Of a DNA stretch of 64,000 nt, positions 38,478-47,776 are shown piece after piece. The notes beneath the pieces were generated by a model, which had not been told where the DNA came from, did no database searches, and saw only the letters and a list, made by a program, of their open reading frames with translations. The DNA is from Polynucleobacter sp. (lineage in GTDB: Bacteria; Pseudomonadota; Gammaproteobacteria; Burkholderiales; Burkholderiaceae). Each line of letters opens with the position of its first letter. Position 1 is the first letter of the stretch. The stretch is from NCBI GenBank assembly GCA_040400535.1, contig JBBAQC010000007.1, positions 34,193 through 98,192 of the forward strand, read 5' to 3'. Position numbers and translations under genes: made by a program.

Positions 38478-39440
38478 ATGTTGGCAATAAGGCAGATGCT
38501 ATCTCAATCCTTATTGCCCCTAAGGCTTGCACTTATTTCACTATGTTTTGCGCTCAATGTGCAGGCAGCAGATGATCTACCCTTAAAGCCTATTCAGGTA
38601 GCTCCACACACTTATTTTGTGCAGGGCTTTGCCGAAATGGGTAACAGTAAAAACCAAAACTTTATTTCCAATGCGGGGTTTGTGATCACGCCAAAAGGCG
38701 TTGTTGTGATCGATGCTTTAGGCTCTCCAGTTCTCGCTAAAAAACTCATTGCAGAAATTAAAAAGCGTACTACACAAAAAATTGTTGCTCTCATCGTCAC
38801 GCACTACCATGCTGATCATGTCTATGGGCTACAAGAATTCAAGAAGCTGGGTGCAATCATTTATGCGCAAGGGGAAGGCAGAGACTATCTTTCCTCTGAA
38901 ACAGCAAAGCAACGTCTGATTGCCTCCCGTTTAGATTTTGCCCCTTGGATAAACGACGCCACCAAATTAACAGCAGCTGATGTTTGGATTGATCAACGCT
39001 ATTTACTTACTGTTGGCGGTGTGGAATTTAAAATTAGCAGAGTAGGCCCAGCCCATGCCCCCGAAGATTTAATGATTGATGTACCTTCAGAGCGGGTTCT
39101 TTTTGCGGGAGATTTAGTTTTTCGAGGGCGCATCCCATTTGTGGGTAATGCTGACAGCAAGGGCTGGCTTCAGGCTTTAGATGAGATTGAGAAACTGAAT
39201 CCCAAAATCATCATTCCAGGTCATGGCGCTTATTCCAGTATGCCAATCGAAGATATCCGCTTCACTAGGGATTATTTGCAATATTTGCGGAAATCAATGA
39301 CAAAATCGGCCATTGAGATGGATCCATTTGAGGAGGCCTATCAGCAGACTGACTGGTCTGAATACGATGGAATGCCCTTATTTAGGGCGGCTAACCGCAT
39401 GAATGCTTATAACGTCTACCTCTCCATTCAGGCGGAATAG
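38478..39440 (+). CDS. Periplasmic MBL-fold metallohydrolase (SoxH-like)
   Basis: Signal peptide and the HxHxDH motif THYHADHVYG. 320 aa. It starts 3 nt after the DsrE-like gene. Confidence 0.8.
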   Translation: MLAIRQMLSQSLLPLRLALISLCFALNVQAADDLPLKPIQVAPHTYFVQGFAEMGNSKNQNFISNAGFVITPKGVVVIDALGSPVLAKKLIAEIKKRTTQKIVALIVTHYHADHVYGLQEFKKLGAIIYAQGEGRDYLSSETAKQRLIASRLDFAPWINDATKLTAADVWIDQRYLLTVGGVEFKISRVGPAHAPEDLMIDVPSERVLFAGDLVFRGRIPFVGNADSKGWLQALDEIEKLNPKIIIPGHGAYSSMPIEDIRFTRDYLQYLRKSMTKSAIEMDPFEEAYQQTDWSEYDGMPLFRAANRMNAYNVYLSIQAE

Positions 39441-39499
39441 GGCACTGATCCGCTCAAAGCCTTAAAATAGTCGATTCTTTGCTAAAAGGTGAGCTTACG

Positions 39500-39820
39500 A
39501 TGAAAGCAATCCCACTTCAGTTACTTTTCACAGTTTTTACTGTTCTTGCCAGTAGCTTTATCAGTGTTGCCGTTGCTGCGCCAGATTTAGCTCATGGTAA
39601 AAAAATTGACCAAGAAAAATGCTACGCCTGTCATGCAAAGAAAACAGGCTTTGGAAATGGTGACATGATCTACACCCGCTCAGATCGGAAGGCAACCGAC
39701 CTCAATAAATTGAAGGCGATGGTGGCAAGATGCAATACCGAATTGCGACTTGATCTTTTCCCTGAGGATGAGGCGGATGTAACGGCTTATCTCAACAAGC
39801 AGTTTTATAAATTTAAATAA
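39500..39820 (+). CDS. Small periplasmic monoheme c-type cytochrome
   Basis: Signal peptide and heme motif CYACH. ATG 39500 has an AAAGGTGAG SD, so I prefer it over the track start TTG 39479. Confidence 0.8.
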   Translation: MKAIPLQLLFTVFTVLASSFISVAVAAPDLAHGKKIDQEKCYACHAKKTGFGNGDMIYTRSDRKATDLNKLKAMVARCNTELRLDLFPEDEADVTAYLNKQFYKFK

Positions 39821-39875
39821 CTAAGTTACTAGCTAGCTTGGATAAATCAATTAATTAAATTAAAGAATTTTGAAT

Positions 39876-40997
39876 ATGGATGCGGCAGATATTTCTTCCT
39901 TGAGTAAATCGGTTGTGTTGGCTACTTTTGCCATCACCTTTTTGCTAGGTGCGGTGATGCAGAAAACGGGATTTTGCAGTATGGGTGCAGTCTCTGACAT
40001 TTTTATTATGTCTAGCTGGACTCGTTTAAAGCAATGGTTTTTGGCTATCGGTGTTGCTATTGTCGGCTTTGCCTTGATGTCTTACTTTGGGCTAGTAGAT
40101 CCGCTAAAAAGTATTTATACCGGCAACAGAATTTTATGGCTCTCCACCTTGGTAGGCAGCACACTCTTTGGTTTTGGTATGGTGCTTTCATCAGGCTGCG
40201 GAAGTAAAACGCTTGTCCGCATTGGTGGTGGCAATCTCAAGTCTGTCGTTGTATTTATGGTCCTCGGGCTTTCTGCTTACATGACTATGAGAGGGTTCTT
40301 GGGGGTGATCCGAATCAATACCTTGGATTCTGTTTTTATCGCCTTGAATACTTCTCAAGATTTGCCCAGTATTTTGAGTCCCATTACTGGCATTGCTCGT
40401 AATAACCTACATCTAGCTTTAGGCTTGATGGTGGGATTTGCTTTTATTGCTTATGCACTCGCAAGCAAAGTTTTCTGGACGCTTGAGAACTTGTTTGCTG
40501 GTATTTTTGTTGGTGTAGCCATTTGTGCTGTTTGGTGGGTTTCTGGCAACTTAGGTTACCTTGCTGAAGATCCGAATACTTTGCAGGAAGTATTTATAGC
40601 AACGAACTCGGGTCGCATGGAGAGCCTTTCATTTGTGGCGCCTTACGCGTATGCCCTTGACTGGTTAATGATGTATAGCGATACCTCTAAGTTCATCAGC
40701 GTTGGTATTGCAGCGGTACTGGGAATGATATTGGGTGGTGCATTTGTCGCTATCGTGACTAAAACGTTTCGGTGGGAAAGCTTTCGCAATACTGAAGATA
40801 CCGCCAATCATTTAGTGGGTGCCACTTTAATGGGTTTTGGCGGTGTAACAGCGCTGGGCTGTACTGTCGGTCAAGGGTTAAGTGGGATTTCTACTTTAGC
40901 TATTGGATCTTTTCTTGCATTGCCAGGATTTATCTTTGGCGCCTACCTAGCGCTACGGTATTTAGAAACGCGTAATGCCCCTAATCCTTGCAGTTAA
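39876..40997 (+). CDS. YeeE/YedE-family membrane protein (full length, two DUF395 repeats)
   Basis: About 373 aa and polytopic. Conserved Cys-containing loops: GFCSMGAV, SSGCGSKTL and GCTVGQGLSG. Confidence 0.85.
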   Translation: MDAADISSLSKSVVLATFAITFLLGAVMQKTGFCSMGAVSDIFIMSSWTRLKQWFLAIGVAIVGFALMSYFGLVDPLKSIYTGNRILWLSTLVGSTLFGFGMVLSSGCGSKTLVRIGGGNLKSVVVFMVLGLSAYMTMRGFLGVIRINTLDSVFIALNTSQDLPSILSPITGIARNNLHLALGLMVGFAFIAYALASKVFWTLENLFAGIFVGVAICAVWWVSGNLGYLAEDPNTLQEVFIATNSGRMESLSFVAPYAYALDWLMMYSDTSKFISVGIAAVLGMILGGAFVAIVTKTFRWESFRNTEDTANHLVGATLMGFGGVTALGCTVGQGLSGISTLAIGSFLALPGFIFGAYLALRYLETRNAPNPCS

Positions 40998-41020
40998 CTT
41001 CCTGAATTGGATTCAATAAT

Positions 41021-41458
41021 ATGCAAATAGATTGGCTTGCTTTTACTCCTGGCCCCGCTATCTTTGGTGGAATACTGCTGGGAATTGCAGCCGCTTTATA
41101 CGTCATTTTGCATGGTCGTATTTTAGGAATCAGCGGAATTGTTTCTGGCTTACTGCCCCCCAAGGAGGGCGACCTAGATTGGCGCATCAGCCTGTTGTTA
41201 GGGATGCTGAGCGCACCAATATGGGCGAGCCTACTGTTTGATCTCAATACCATCACCATCATAGATGCCGATTGGCTGGCGATTGTTATTGCTGGTTTGT
41301 TGGTCGGTTTTGGATCTCAATATGGTTCGGGTTGTACCAGTGGGCATGGTGTTTGTGGTTTATCGCGTCTATCTCCGAGATCTCTGGTTGCTACGATCTC
41401 TTTTATGAGCTCGGGTTTTCTGATGGTATTTGTGCTACGTCATGTATTGGGCTTCTAG
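41021..41458 (+). CDS. YeeE/YedE half-size protein (single DUF395; PmpA-like)
   Basis: 145 aa and four TM helices, with the motif GSGCTSGHGVCGLSR. Confidence 0.8.
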   Translation: MQIDWLAFTPGPAIFGGILLGIAAALYVILHGRILGISGIVSGLLPPKEGDLDWRISLLLGMLSAPIWASLLFDLNTITIIDADWLAIVIAGLLVGFGSQYGSGCTSGHGVCGLSRLSPRSLVATISFMSSGFLMVFVLRHVLGF

Positions 41459-41461
41459 ATC

Positions 41462-41893
41462 ATGAGAAAACATTTACATTTTTATAGCCAATATCTGATT
41501 GGCGTTTTGTTTGGATTTGGTCTGATTATTTCCGGCATGAGTAACCCCCAGAAAATTCTTCAGTTTCTGGACATCACGGGTAGCTGGGATCCATCCTTAA
41601 TCTTTGTGATGGGTGGTGCGGTCTTGGTAGGTTTGGCCGGCTTTTATCTGGTCTCGAAACGTTCCGAAGCCTTTTTTGGTGGCGCCTTTCAGATTCCGAC
41701 TAGACGTGATATTTCTAAGCCCCTGGTGATCGGCAGTCTTATTTTCGGTGCTGGCTGGGGTATTGCTGGCTTCTGCCCTGGCCCGGCTATTGTGGCGGTC
41801 GGGGCCGGTCACATCAAGGCTTTAGTCTTTATATTGGCTATGCTTGCCGGCATGGCTCTTTGCAAACGCTTCTTTACAGGTCCCATCAAGTAA
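41462..41893 (+). CDS. YeeE/YedE half-size protein (single DUF395; PmpB-like)
   Basis: 143 aa and four TM helices. It has GWGIAGFCPGPA and starts 3 nt after the previous gene. Confidence 0.8.
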   Translation: MRKHLHFYSQYLIGVLFGFGLIISGMSNPQKILQFLDITGSWDPSLIFVMGGAVLVGLAGFYLVSKRSEAFFGGAFQIPTRRDISKPLVIGSLIFGAGWGIAGFCPGPAIVAVGAGHIKALVFILAMLAGMALCKRFFTGPIK

Positions 41894-41948
41894 GTCTGAT
41901 TTAAAATCATTACAAATGTCTTTAAATCACTACTTTTTTGAGGTCTAG

Positions 41949-42293
41949 ATGAGTCTTCCTATTTCTTGCCATAACGATCAATTTGCTACCTTAGGTCAAA
42001 TTGATGCCAGCCACTTAGCAGAGATTGCAAAGCAAGGTTACAAGAGTGTGATTAATAATCGACCTGATTTTGAAGCCGGCCCCCATCAACCTACTAATGC
42101 GGTAATCCAGGCGCAAGCAGAAGCGCTAGGCTTAAATTATGCTTTCTTGCCGGTTATCCCTGGTGCATTTACACCAGAACAAGTTGTTGAGATGGCGCGC
42201 TTATTAAAAACAATGCCTGGACCTATTTTGGCTTTTTGCCGCTCTGGTGCACGCTCTACCAATTTGTATCAAATGGCTTTACAAGTTCGCTGA
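41949..42293 (+). CDS. DUF442/TIGR01244-type protein (PTP-loop sulfurtransferase-like domain of Blh proteins)
   Basis: 114 aa with a CX5R loop (AFCRSGARS) and the N-terminal pattern LGQIDASHLAEIAKQGYKSVINNRPD. Confidence 0.8.
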   Translation: MSLPISCHNDQFATLGQIDASHLAEIAKQGYKSVINNRPDFEAGPHQPTNAVIQAQAEALGLNYAFLPVIPGAFTPEQVVEMARLLKTMPGPILAFCRSGARSTNLYQMALQVR

Positions 42294-42331
42294 TGCACTT
42301 TGATCATCCAATGAGTATCCAGTGAATATTT

Positions 42332-42751
42332 ATGCGTATTGAGATCCCAGCAGAAAAAAAGTTTGTTCATCAGATGAACATGCCGATTCGTTGGGGTGAT
42401 ATGGATGCCTACGGCCATGTTAACAATACGGTGTACTTTCGTTATATGGAGCAGGCTAGGGTAGAGTGGATTACTTCTCTCGGTTTCAGCGTAACACCTG
42501 GTGACGCATCGATGTTGATGATCAATGGCTTTTGCAACTTTCATCAACAGCTGATTTATCCAGGCGAGCTTATTTTAAAAACTTATCTTGGTGATGTTGG
42601 TCGTTCAAGTGTCGATGTCTACACCACGATGGCTCTGACTACAGCGCCAGAGATCTTGAGTGCTGTGGGTGGTGCCACCATGGTGTGGGTTGATTTACAG
42701 ACTGGTAAATCTGCCCCTTGGCCCGATCATTTGATTGATCAGCTGCGCTAG
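42332..42751 (+). CDS. Hotdog-fold acyl-CoA thioesterase (YbgC/4HBT type)
   Basis: IRWGDMDAYGHVNNTVYFRYMEQAR signature. 139 aa. Confidence 0.85.
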   Translation: MRIEIPAEKKFVHQMNMPIRWGDMDAYGHVNNTVYFRYMEQARVEWITSLGFSVTPGDASMLMINGFCNFHQQLIYPGELILKTYLGDVGRSSVDVYTTMALTTAPEILSAVGGATMVWVDLQTGKSAPWPDHLIDQLR

Positions 42752-42759
42752 GATATTTT

Positions 42760-43833
42760 TTGCAAGCAAGCAATCCCCATATTCTGAGTATTGAAAAACT
42801 AGCTTCCTCTCTTGCGAAGTTTGATGTGATTATTGATGTGCGATCCCCTGCGGAATTTGCCTTAGACCATATCCCCGGCGCTATAAATCTACCTGTCTTA
42901 AGTAATCAAGAGCGTATTGAGATCGGCACTCTGTATAAGCAAGTATCCCCATTTGCTGCGAAGAAATTAGGTGCTGCTTATGTCTCTCGCAATATTGCCC
43001 ATCATTTACAAAACACGCTCATCGACTTTCCTAGAGAATGGCGCCCCCTAATTTATTGTTGGCGAGGTGGTGAGCGTAGCGGGGCCTTTACCCATATTCT
43101 GAATCGAATTGGCTGGAAGGCCATGCAATTAGAAAGTGGTTATCAAGGCTTTAGACGTATCGTGATTGATGGACTTGATCAGATGAGTCAGCAATTTTCT
43201 TTTCAGGTGATTGCTGGCATGACTGGCAGTGGCAAGACCCGCATCCTTCAAGAATTGAAAGCTTTAGATCAGCAGATCCTCGATTTAGAGGGCTTAGCCA
43301 TTCATCGAGGATCAGTGCTGGGTAATGAGCCCAATATTGAGCAGCCCTCACAAAAAGGCTTTGAAACCCAATTATGGAATGCCTTAAATCATCTGGATCC
43401 CAAGCGGATAGTGTTTGTTGAGTCTGAGAGCAAAAAGGTTGGTGGCGTTCATATACCCGACGCGCTGATGGAGCGGATTCGCAATAGTCAATGTATTGAA
43501 CTTCGCTCTAGCGTGAAGACTCGGGTCTCATGGCTCCTGCACGAATATCAACATTTCTTGTCCAATCCCGCAAGCTTTAAAGAAAAACTCAGCTTACTTA
43601 CATCACGCTATGGCAAAGAACAGATTGGACAATGGCATGACATGATTGATGCTGTTCACTTTGATCCTCTAGTTGAGGAGTTATTGGTGCTTCATTACGA
43701 TCCCTCATATCAATCATCGATCGTTCGTAATTTTCCGCGTTATCACGTAGACCAATTTGTTGAGCTAAAGAATGATAGCGATGAAGCCTTTGCGATTGCG
43801 GCAAAGAGCCTCATCACCCAAGTCGGGGTTTAA
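42760..43833 (+). CDS. selU: tRNA 2-selenouridine/geranyl-2-thiouridine synthase
   Basis: N-terminal rhodanese domain with the catalytic loop CWRGGERS and a P-loop GMTGSGKT. 357 aa, TTG start. Confidence 0.9.
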   Translation: MQASNPHILSIEKLASSLAKFDVIIDVRSPAEFALDHIPGAINLPVLSNQERIEIGTLYKQVSPFAAKKLGAAYVSRNIAHHLQNTLIDFPREWRPLIYCWRGGERSGAFTHILNRIGWKAMQLESGYQGFRRIVIDGLDQMSQQFSFQVIAGMTGSGKTRILQELKALDQQILDLEGLAIHRGSVLGNEPNIEQPSQKGFETQLWNALNHLDPKRIVFVESESKKVGGVHIPDALMERIRNSQCIELRSSVKTRVSWLLHEYQHFLSNPASFKEKLSLLTSRYGKEQIGQWHDMIDAVHFDPLVEELLVLHYDPSYQSSIVRNFPRYHVDQFVELKNDSDEAFAIAAKSLITQVGV

Positions 43834-45008
43834 CTAAAAGCCTGAATACCCGTTTGCGCACGACCCAAAATCAAGGCGTGAATGTCATGCGTGCCTTCAT
43901 AGGTATTGACGACCTCTAAATTGAGCATATGACGGATGACGCCGTATTCATCAGAGATACCATTTCCACCATGCATATCTCTCGCCAGGCGGGCAATATC
44001 TAATGACTTTCCACAAGAGTTACGCTTCATGATGGAAGTGATTTCAGGGGCAGCAATACCCTCATCCTTCATACGACCCAAGCGCAGGCAACCTTGCAGG
44101 CCCAGCGTAATCTCGGTTTGCATGTCGGCTAATTTTTTCTGTACCAATTGATTGGCTGCAAGAGGGCGATCAAATTGTTTGCGATCCATGGTGTATTGAC
44201 GTGCGGCATACCAACACCACTCAGCTGCTCCTAGCGTACCCCAAGCAATTCCGTAACGGGCTGAGTTCAAGCACGTAAAAGGCCCTTTAAGACCCGTGAT
44301 TTCTGGGAATTCATTTTCGGCTGGGACAAACACTTCATCCATCACGATTTCGCCAGTAATAGAGGCGCGCAGACCCATCTTGCCGCTGATCTTGGGTGCG
44401 GATAAGCCCTTCATGCCCTTTTCCAAAATAAAGCCTCTGATCAAGCCCTCATCATTCTTGGCCCAGACAACAAACACATCGGCAATCGGAGAGTTGGAGA
44501 TCCACATCTTCGAGCCGGTTAATGAGAAACCGCCAGGAACTTTTTTAGCTCTGGTGATCATGCCGCCAGCATCTGAACCATAGTTGGGCTCAGTCAAACC
44601 AAAGCAGCCAATCCATTCACCACTAGCTAATTTAGGAAGATATTTTTGCTTTTGAGCTTCGCTACCAAACTCATTAATAGGAACCATCACTAAAGAGGAC
44701 TGCACGCTCATCATGGATCGATATCCAGAATCCACGCGCTCAATTTCACGGGCAATTAAGCCGTAAGAAACATAGTTTAGATTAGCGCCACCATATTGCT
44801 CAGGAATGGTGATACCTAGTAGACCTAGCTCGCCCATCTCACGAAAGATAGCAGGGTCAGTAGTCTCATTGCGAAAAGCATCATGAATACGCGGCATCAA
44901 GCTACCTTGGGCATATTCGGCAGCGGCATCACGTACCATCCGCTCCTCTTCGGTTAGCTGGGTGTCTAGCAGAAGGGGGTCAGCCCAGTTAAAACTCGCT
45001 TTGCTCAT
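43830..45008 (-). CDS. gcdH: Glutaryl-CoA dehydrogenase
   Basis: Acyl-CoA dehydrogenase fold with an N-terminus [22 protein letters not shown] typical of GcdH. The start could be ATG 45008 or TTG 45017. Confidence 0.9.
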   Translation of the reverse strand: MSKASFNWADPLLLDTQLTEEERMVRDAAAEYAQGSLMPRIHDAFRNETTDPAIFREMGELGLLGITIPEQYGGANLNYVSYGLIAREIERVDSGYRSMMSVQSSLVMVPINEFGSEAQKQKYLPKLASGEWIGCFGLTEPNYGSDAGGMITRAKKVPGGFSLTGSKMWISNSPIADVFVVWAKNDEGLIRGFILEKGMKGLSAPKISGKMGLRASITGEIVMDEVFVPAENEFPEITGLKGPFTCLNSARYGIAWGTLGAAEWCWYAARQYTMDRKQFDRPLAANQLVQKKLADMQTEITLGLQGCLRLGRMKDEGIAAPEITSIMKRNSCGKSLDIARLARDMHGGNGISDEYGVIRHMLNLEVVNTYEGTHDIHALILGRAQTGIQAFS

Positions 45009-45105
45009 GGTTCTCAATCATCCTCATTATATTTTAAATACGCATCCTGTGAATTTTTAGGAATGGCGATATTCTTGCTTCTATTATCCATTTTTTCTCG
45101 CTATC

Positions 45106-45816
45106 GTGGACTCACCTAAACGTCAACACCGTTATTACGACCTGATATTGGCGGCTTTTGTCGTAGTTTTACTGTGCTCGAACTTTATCGGCGCAGGTAA
45201 GGTTGCAGAATTGGATTTGCCTTATTTTGGCAATGTGACTTTCGGTGCTGGCATCCTCTTTTTCCCGATAGCCTATTTTTTTGGCGATATTTTGACCGAA
45301 GTCTATGGATACGCCTATGATCGTCGCGCTGTTTGGGCTGGTTTTGCAGCGCTAGCCTTTGCTGCCATCATGGCGCAGATCGTGATTGCCTTACCGGTTG
45401 CTCCTGGATCCTATATGGCGAATTATCAGCAGGGTATGGAGACGGTCTTTGGTAACTCTTGGCGCATAGCGCTAGCGTCCATGTTTGCCTTTTGGAGCGG
45501 CAGTTTTGTCAATAGCTATACCTTAGCCAAAATGAAGATTTTTACTCAAGGGCGTTATCTCTGGATGAGAACAATTGGCTCTACCGCTACGGGCGAACTG
45601 ATTGATTCATCTTTGTTTTATATGCTGGCTTTTTACGGTCTTTGGCCTCTCAATGAGATTTTGGCTGTCGCCGTCTCCCAATACCTCCTCAAAACCACCT
45701 GGGAGGTTCTGGCGACCCCCTTAACCTATTGGGTGGTGGGATGGTTAAAGCGTAAGGAAAGCGAAGATCACTACGATATTCACACGAATTTCACGCCATT
45801 TAAGCTGAAAGTCTGA
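45106..45816 (+). CDS. yhhQ: Queuosine precursor transporter (YhhQ/Vut family)
   Basis: 236 aa, six TM helices and the motif FGDILTEVYGYAYDRR. GTG start. Confidence 0.85.
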   Translation: MDSPKRQHRYYDLILAAFVVVLLCSNFIGAGKVAELDLPYFGNVTFGAGILFFPIAYFFGDILTEVYGYAYDRRAVWAGFAALAFAAIMAQIVIALPVAPGSYMANYQQGMETVFGNSWRIALASMFAFWSGSFVNSYTLAKMKIFTQGRYLWMRTIGSTATGELIDSSLFYMLAFYGLWPLNEILAVAVSQYLLKTTWEVLATPLTYWVVGWLKRKESEDHYDIHTNFTPFKLKV

Positions 45817-45917
45817 TTTACGGCTTTTTTGTACACAAGCCGTTAAAATAATGCTCTTTGCTGCAAAAGAAGCATCTGCATCCTCGAATTGACCTAATAG
45901 AAAGTAAGAATACATCC

Positions 45918-47525
45918 GTGCTGTCCGCATCTAATATCACTATGCAGTTTGGGGCAAAGCCCCTTTTTGAAAATATTTCCGTGAAGTTTGGCGGCGGCAA
46001 TCGCTATGGCCTGATTGGCGCTAATGGTTGCGGTAAATCCACCTTCATGAAAATCTTGGGTGGTGAACTTGAGCCCACTAGCGGTAACGTGAGCTTAGAT
46101 CCCGGCATTCGTTTAGGTAAGTTGCGCCAAGATCAGTTTGCTTACGAAGATCAGCGTGTGTTGGATGTGGTGATGATGGGTCACGAAGAGATGTGGAAAG
46201 CAGCCGCCGAGCGCGATGCGATCTACGCTAATCCAGATGCAACTGATGAAGATTACATGAAAGCTGCTGAGCTCGAAGGTAGTTATGCAGAGTATGGTGG
46301 CTATACAGCAGAAGCGAAAGCAGGGGAGTTGTTACTGGGAATTGGTATTCCGATTGAGCAACACAATGGCCCCATGAGTAATGTGGCACCCGGTTGGAAA
46401 TTGCGTGTGCTCTTAGCGCAGGCTTTGTTTTCTGATCCTGACGTTTTGCTGTTAGACGAGCCAACCAACAACTTGGATATTCATTCGATTCATTGGCTTG
46501 AAGATATTCTGAATGATATTAAAAGTACGATTGTGATCATTTCCCATGATCGCCACTTCTTAAATGAAGTGTGTACACATATGGCCGATATGGACTTCGG
46601 AACCCTGAAGGTCTATCCCGGCAACTATGACTCTTATATGTTGGCTTCAGTTCAGGCTAGAGCTCAACAATTAAGCTCGAACGATAAGGCTAAAGAAAAG
46701 ATTGCAGAGTTGCAGGCTTTTGTGAGCCGCTTCTCTGCTAATGCTTCCAAAGCGCGTCAAGCTACATCACGTCAAAGACAATTAGAGAAGATTGAGATTA
46801 CTGAGATCAAGCCTTCTTCACGTCAAAACCCATTTATCCGCTTTGATTCCGAGAAAAAATTACACAATATGGCGGTTGAGTGCAATGCACTATCTAAAGC
46901 CTATGATCACCCCATTTTTAAGAATTTCAAAATCGGTATTCGTGCTGGTGAAAAGATTGCCATCATCGGTCAAAATGGTGCGGGTAAAACTACGCTTCTC
47001 AAGACCATTCTCAGCAAACGCTTCAGTGGTATTCCTGCAGACAGTGGTGATGTGAAGTGGGCGGAAAATGCCAATGTCGGCGTGATGCCACAGGACAACA
47101 CTGAGCTTTTTGCCAAAGATGAAATCCTGATGGATTGGATGAATGAGTGGCGCAATACTGGTGACGATGATCAAGTGATTAGGGGAACTTTAGGCCGCCT
47201 TTTATTCTCTGGCGATGATATTAGTAAGTCTGTCAAAGTTCTTTCTGGTGGTGAGAAGGGTCGAATGATTTGGGGCAAGTTAATGCTTCAAAAACATAAC
47301 GTACTCGCTATGGATGAGCCAACCAACCACATGGATATGGAATCGATTGAGAGTTTACAGATCGCTCTCGAGAAATACGAAGGTACTTTAATTTTTGTTT
47401 CTCACGACCGAGAATTTGTTTCTGCTTTGGCGAATCGAATTCTTGAGGTTAAAGCAGATGGGACGATCGCGGACTACTCTGGAACTTACGAAGAATATCT
47501 TCGTAGCCAAGCTTTGGCAGGCTAG
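45918..47525 (+). CDS. ybiT: ABC-F family ATPase (YbiT-like)
   Basis: Two ABC cassettes (GANGCGKST and GQNGAGKTT) and no TM domain. The N-terminus [37 protein letters not shown] aligns with E. coli YbiT from the GTG at 45918. Confidence 0.9.
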   Translation: MLSASNITMQFGAKPLFENISVKFGGGNRYGLIGANGCGKSTFMKILGGELEPTSGNVSLDPGIRLGKLRQDQFAYEDQRVLDVVMMGHEEMWKAAAERDAIYANPDATDEDYMKAAELEGSYAEYGGYTAEAKAGELLLGIGIPIEQHNGPMSNVAPGWKLRVLLAQALFSDPDVLLLDEPTNNLDIHSIHWLEDILNDIKSTIVIISHDRHFLNEVCTHMADMDFGTLKVYPGNYDSYMLASVQARAQQLSSNDKAKEKIAELQAFVSRFSANASKARQATSRQRQLEKIEITEIKPSSRQNPFIRFDSEKKLHNMAVECNALSKAYDHPIFKNFKIGIRAGEKIAIIGQNGAGKTTLLKTILSKRFSGIPADSGDVKWAENANVGVMPQDNTELFAKDEILMDWMNEWRNTGDDDQVIRGTLGRLLFSGDDISKSVKVLSGGEKGRMIWGKLMLQKHNVLAMDEPTNHMDMESIESLQIALEKYEGTLIFVSHDREFVSALANRILEVKADGTIADYSGTYEEYLRSQALAG

Positions 47526-47776
47526 CTTTTTTTAGCTTGACGCTGGAATCGCATTGCAGTGCCTTCGGCACGGATGCGTTTCCAAACAGAGTCTTTTTCT
47601 TCTTGACTCAAAAATACCCAGTTGCTCACTTCACCGAGGCTACGCCCACAGCCCTGACAGATTTCATCGTATAAAGTGGTGCAAACACCAATGCATGGCG
47701 AATCAGAGCTGTCATCTCCAACCCCCAAAGAATTTGCGCCAGCTTGCTCTGATGGATTATCGTTATAAGAGGTCAT
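47522..47776 (-). CDS. DUF1289-family small Cys-rich protein
   Basis: [28 protein letters not shown] matches the DUF1289 4-Cys pattern. 84 aa. Confidence 0.8.
   Translation of the reverse strand: MTSYNDNPSEQAGANSLGVGDDSSDSPCIGVCTTLYDEICQGCGRSLGEVSNWVFLSQEEKDSVWKRIRAEGTAMRFQRQAKKS

Noticed and set aside
28692-43833. The sulfur block as a horizontally acquired genomic island or mobile element.
   Set aside because: No integrase, transposase, flanking tRNA, long direct repeats or obvious compositional break are visible by eye. The flanks (metZ, gcdH) are ordinary core genes. Proper GC-skew and codon-usage analysis was not possible here.
45018-45105. Possible preQ1 riboswitch upstream of yhhQ (queuosine precursor transporter).
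   Set aside because: By eye I could not find the conserved preQ1-I/II core or a convincing pseudoknot-forming hairpin in the 88-nt leader. A covariance-model scan would be needed to overturn this.
45820-45843. Hairpin ACGGCTT-N10-AAGCCGT after yhhQ as an intrinsic terminator.
   Set aside because: The stem is only 7 bp with a 10-nt loop and has no downstream U-tract (it is followed by TAAAATAATG). Not reported as a terminator.
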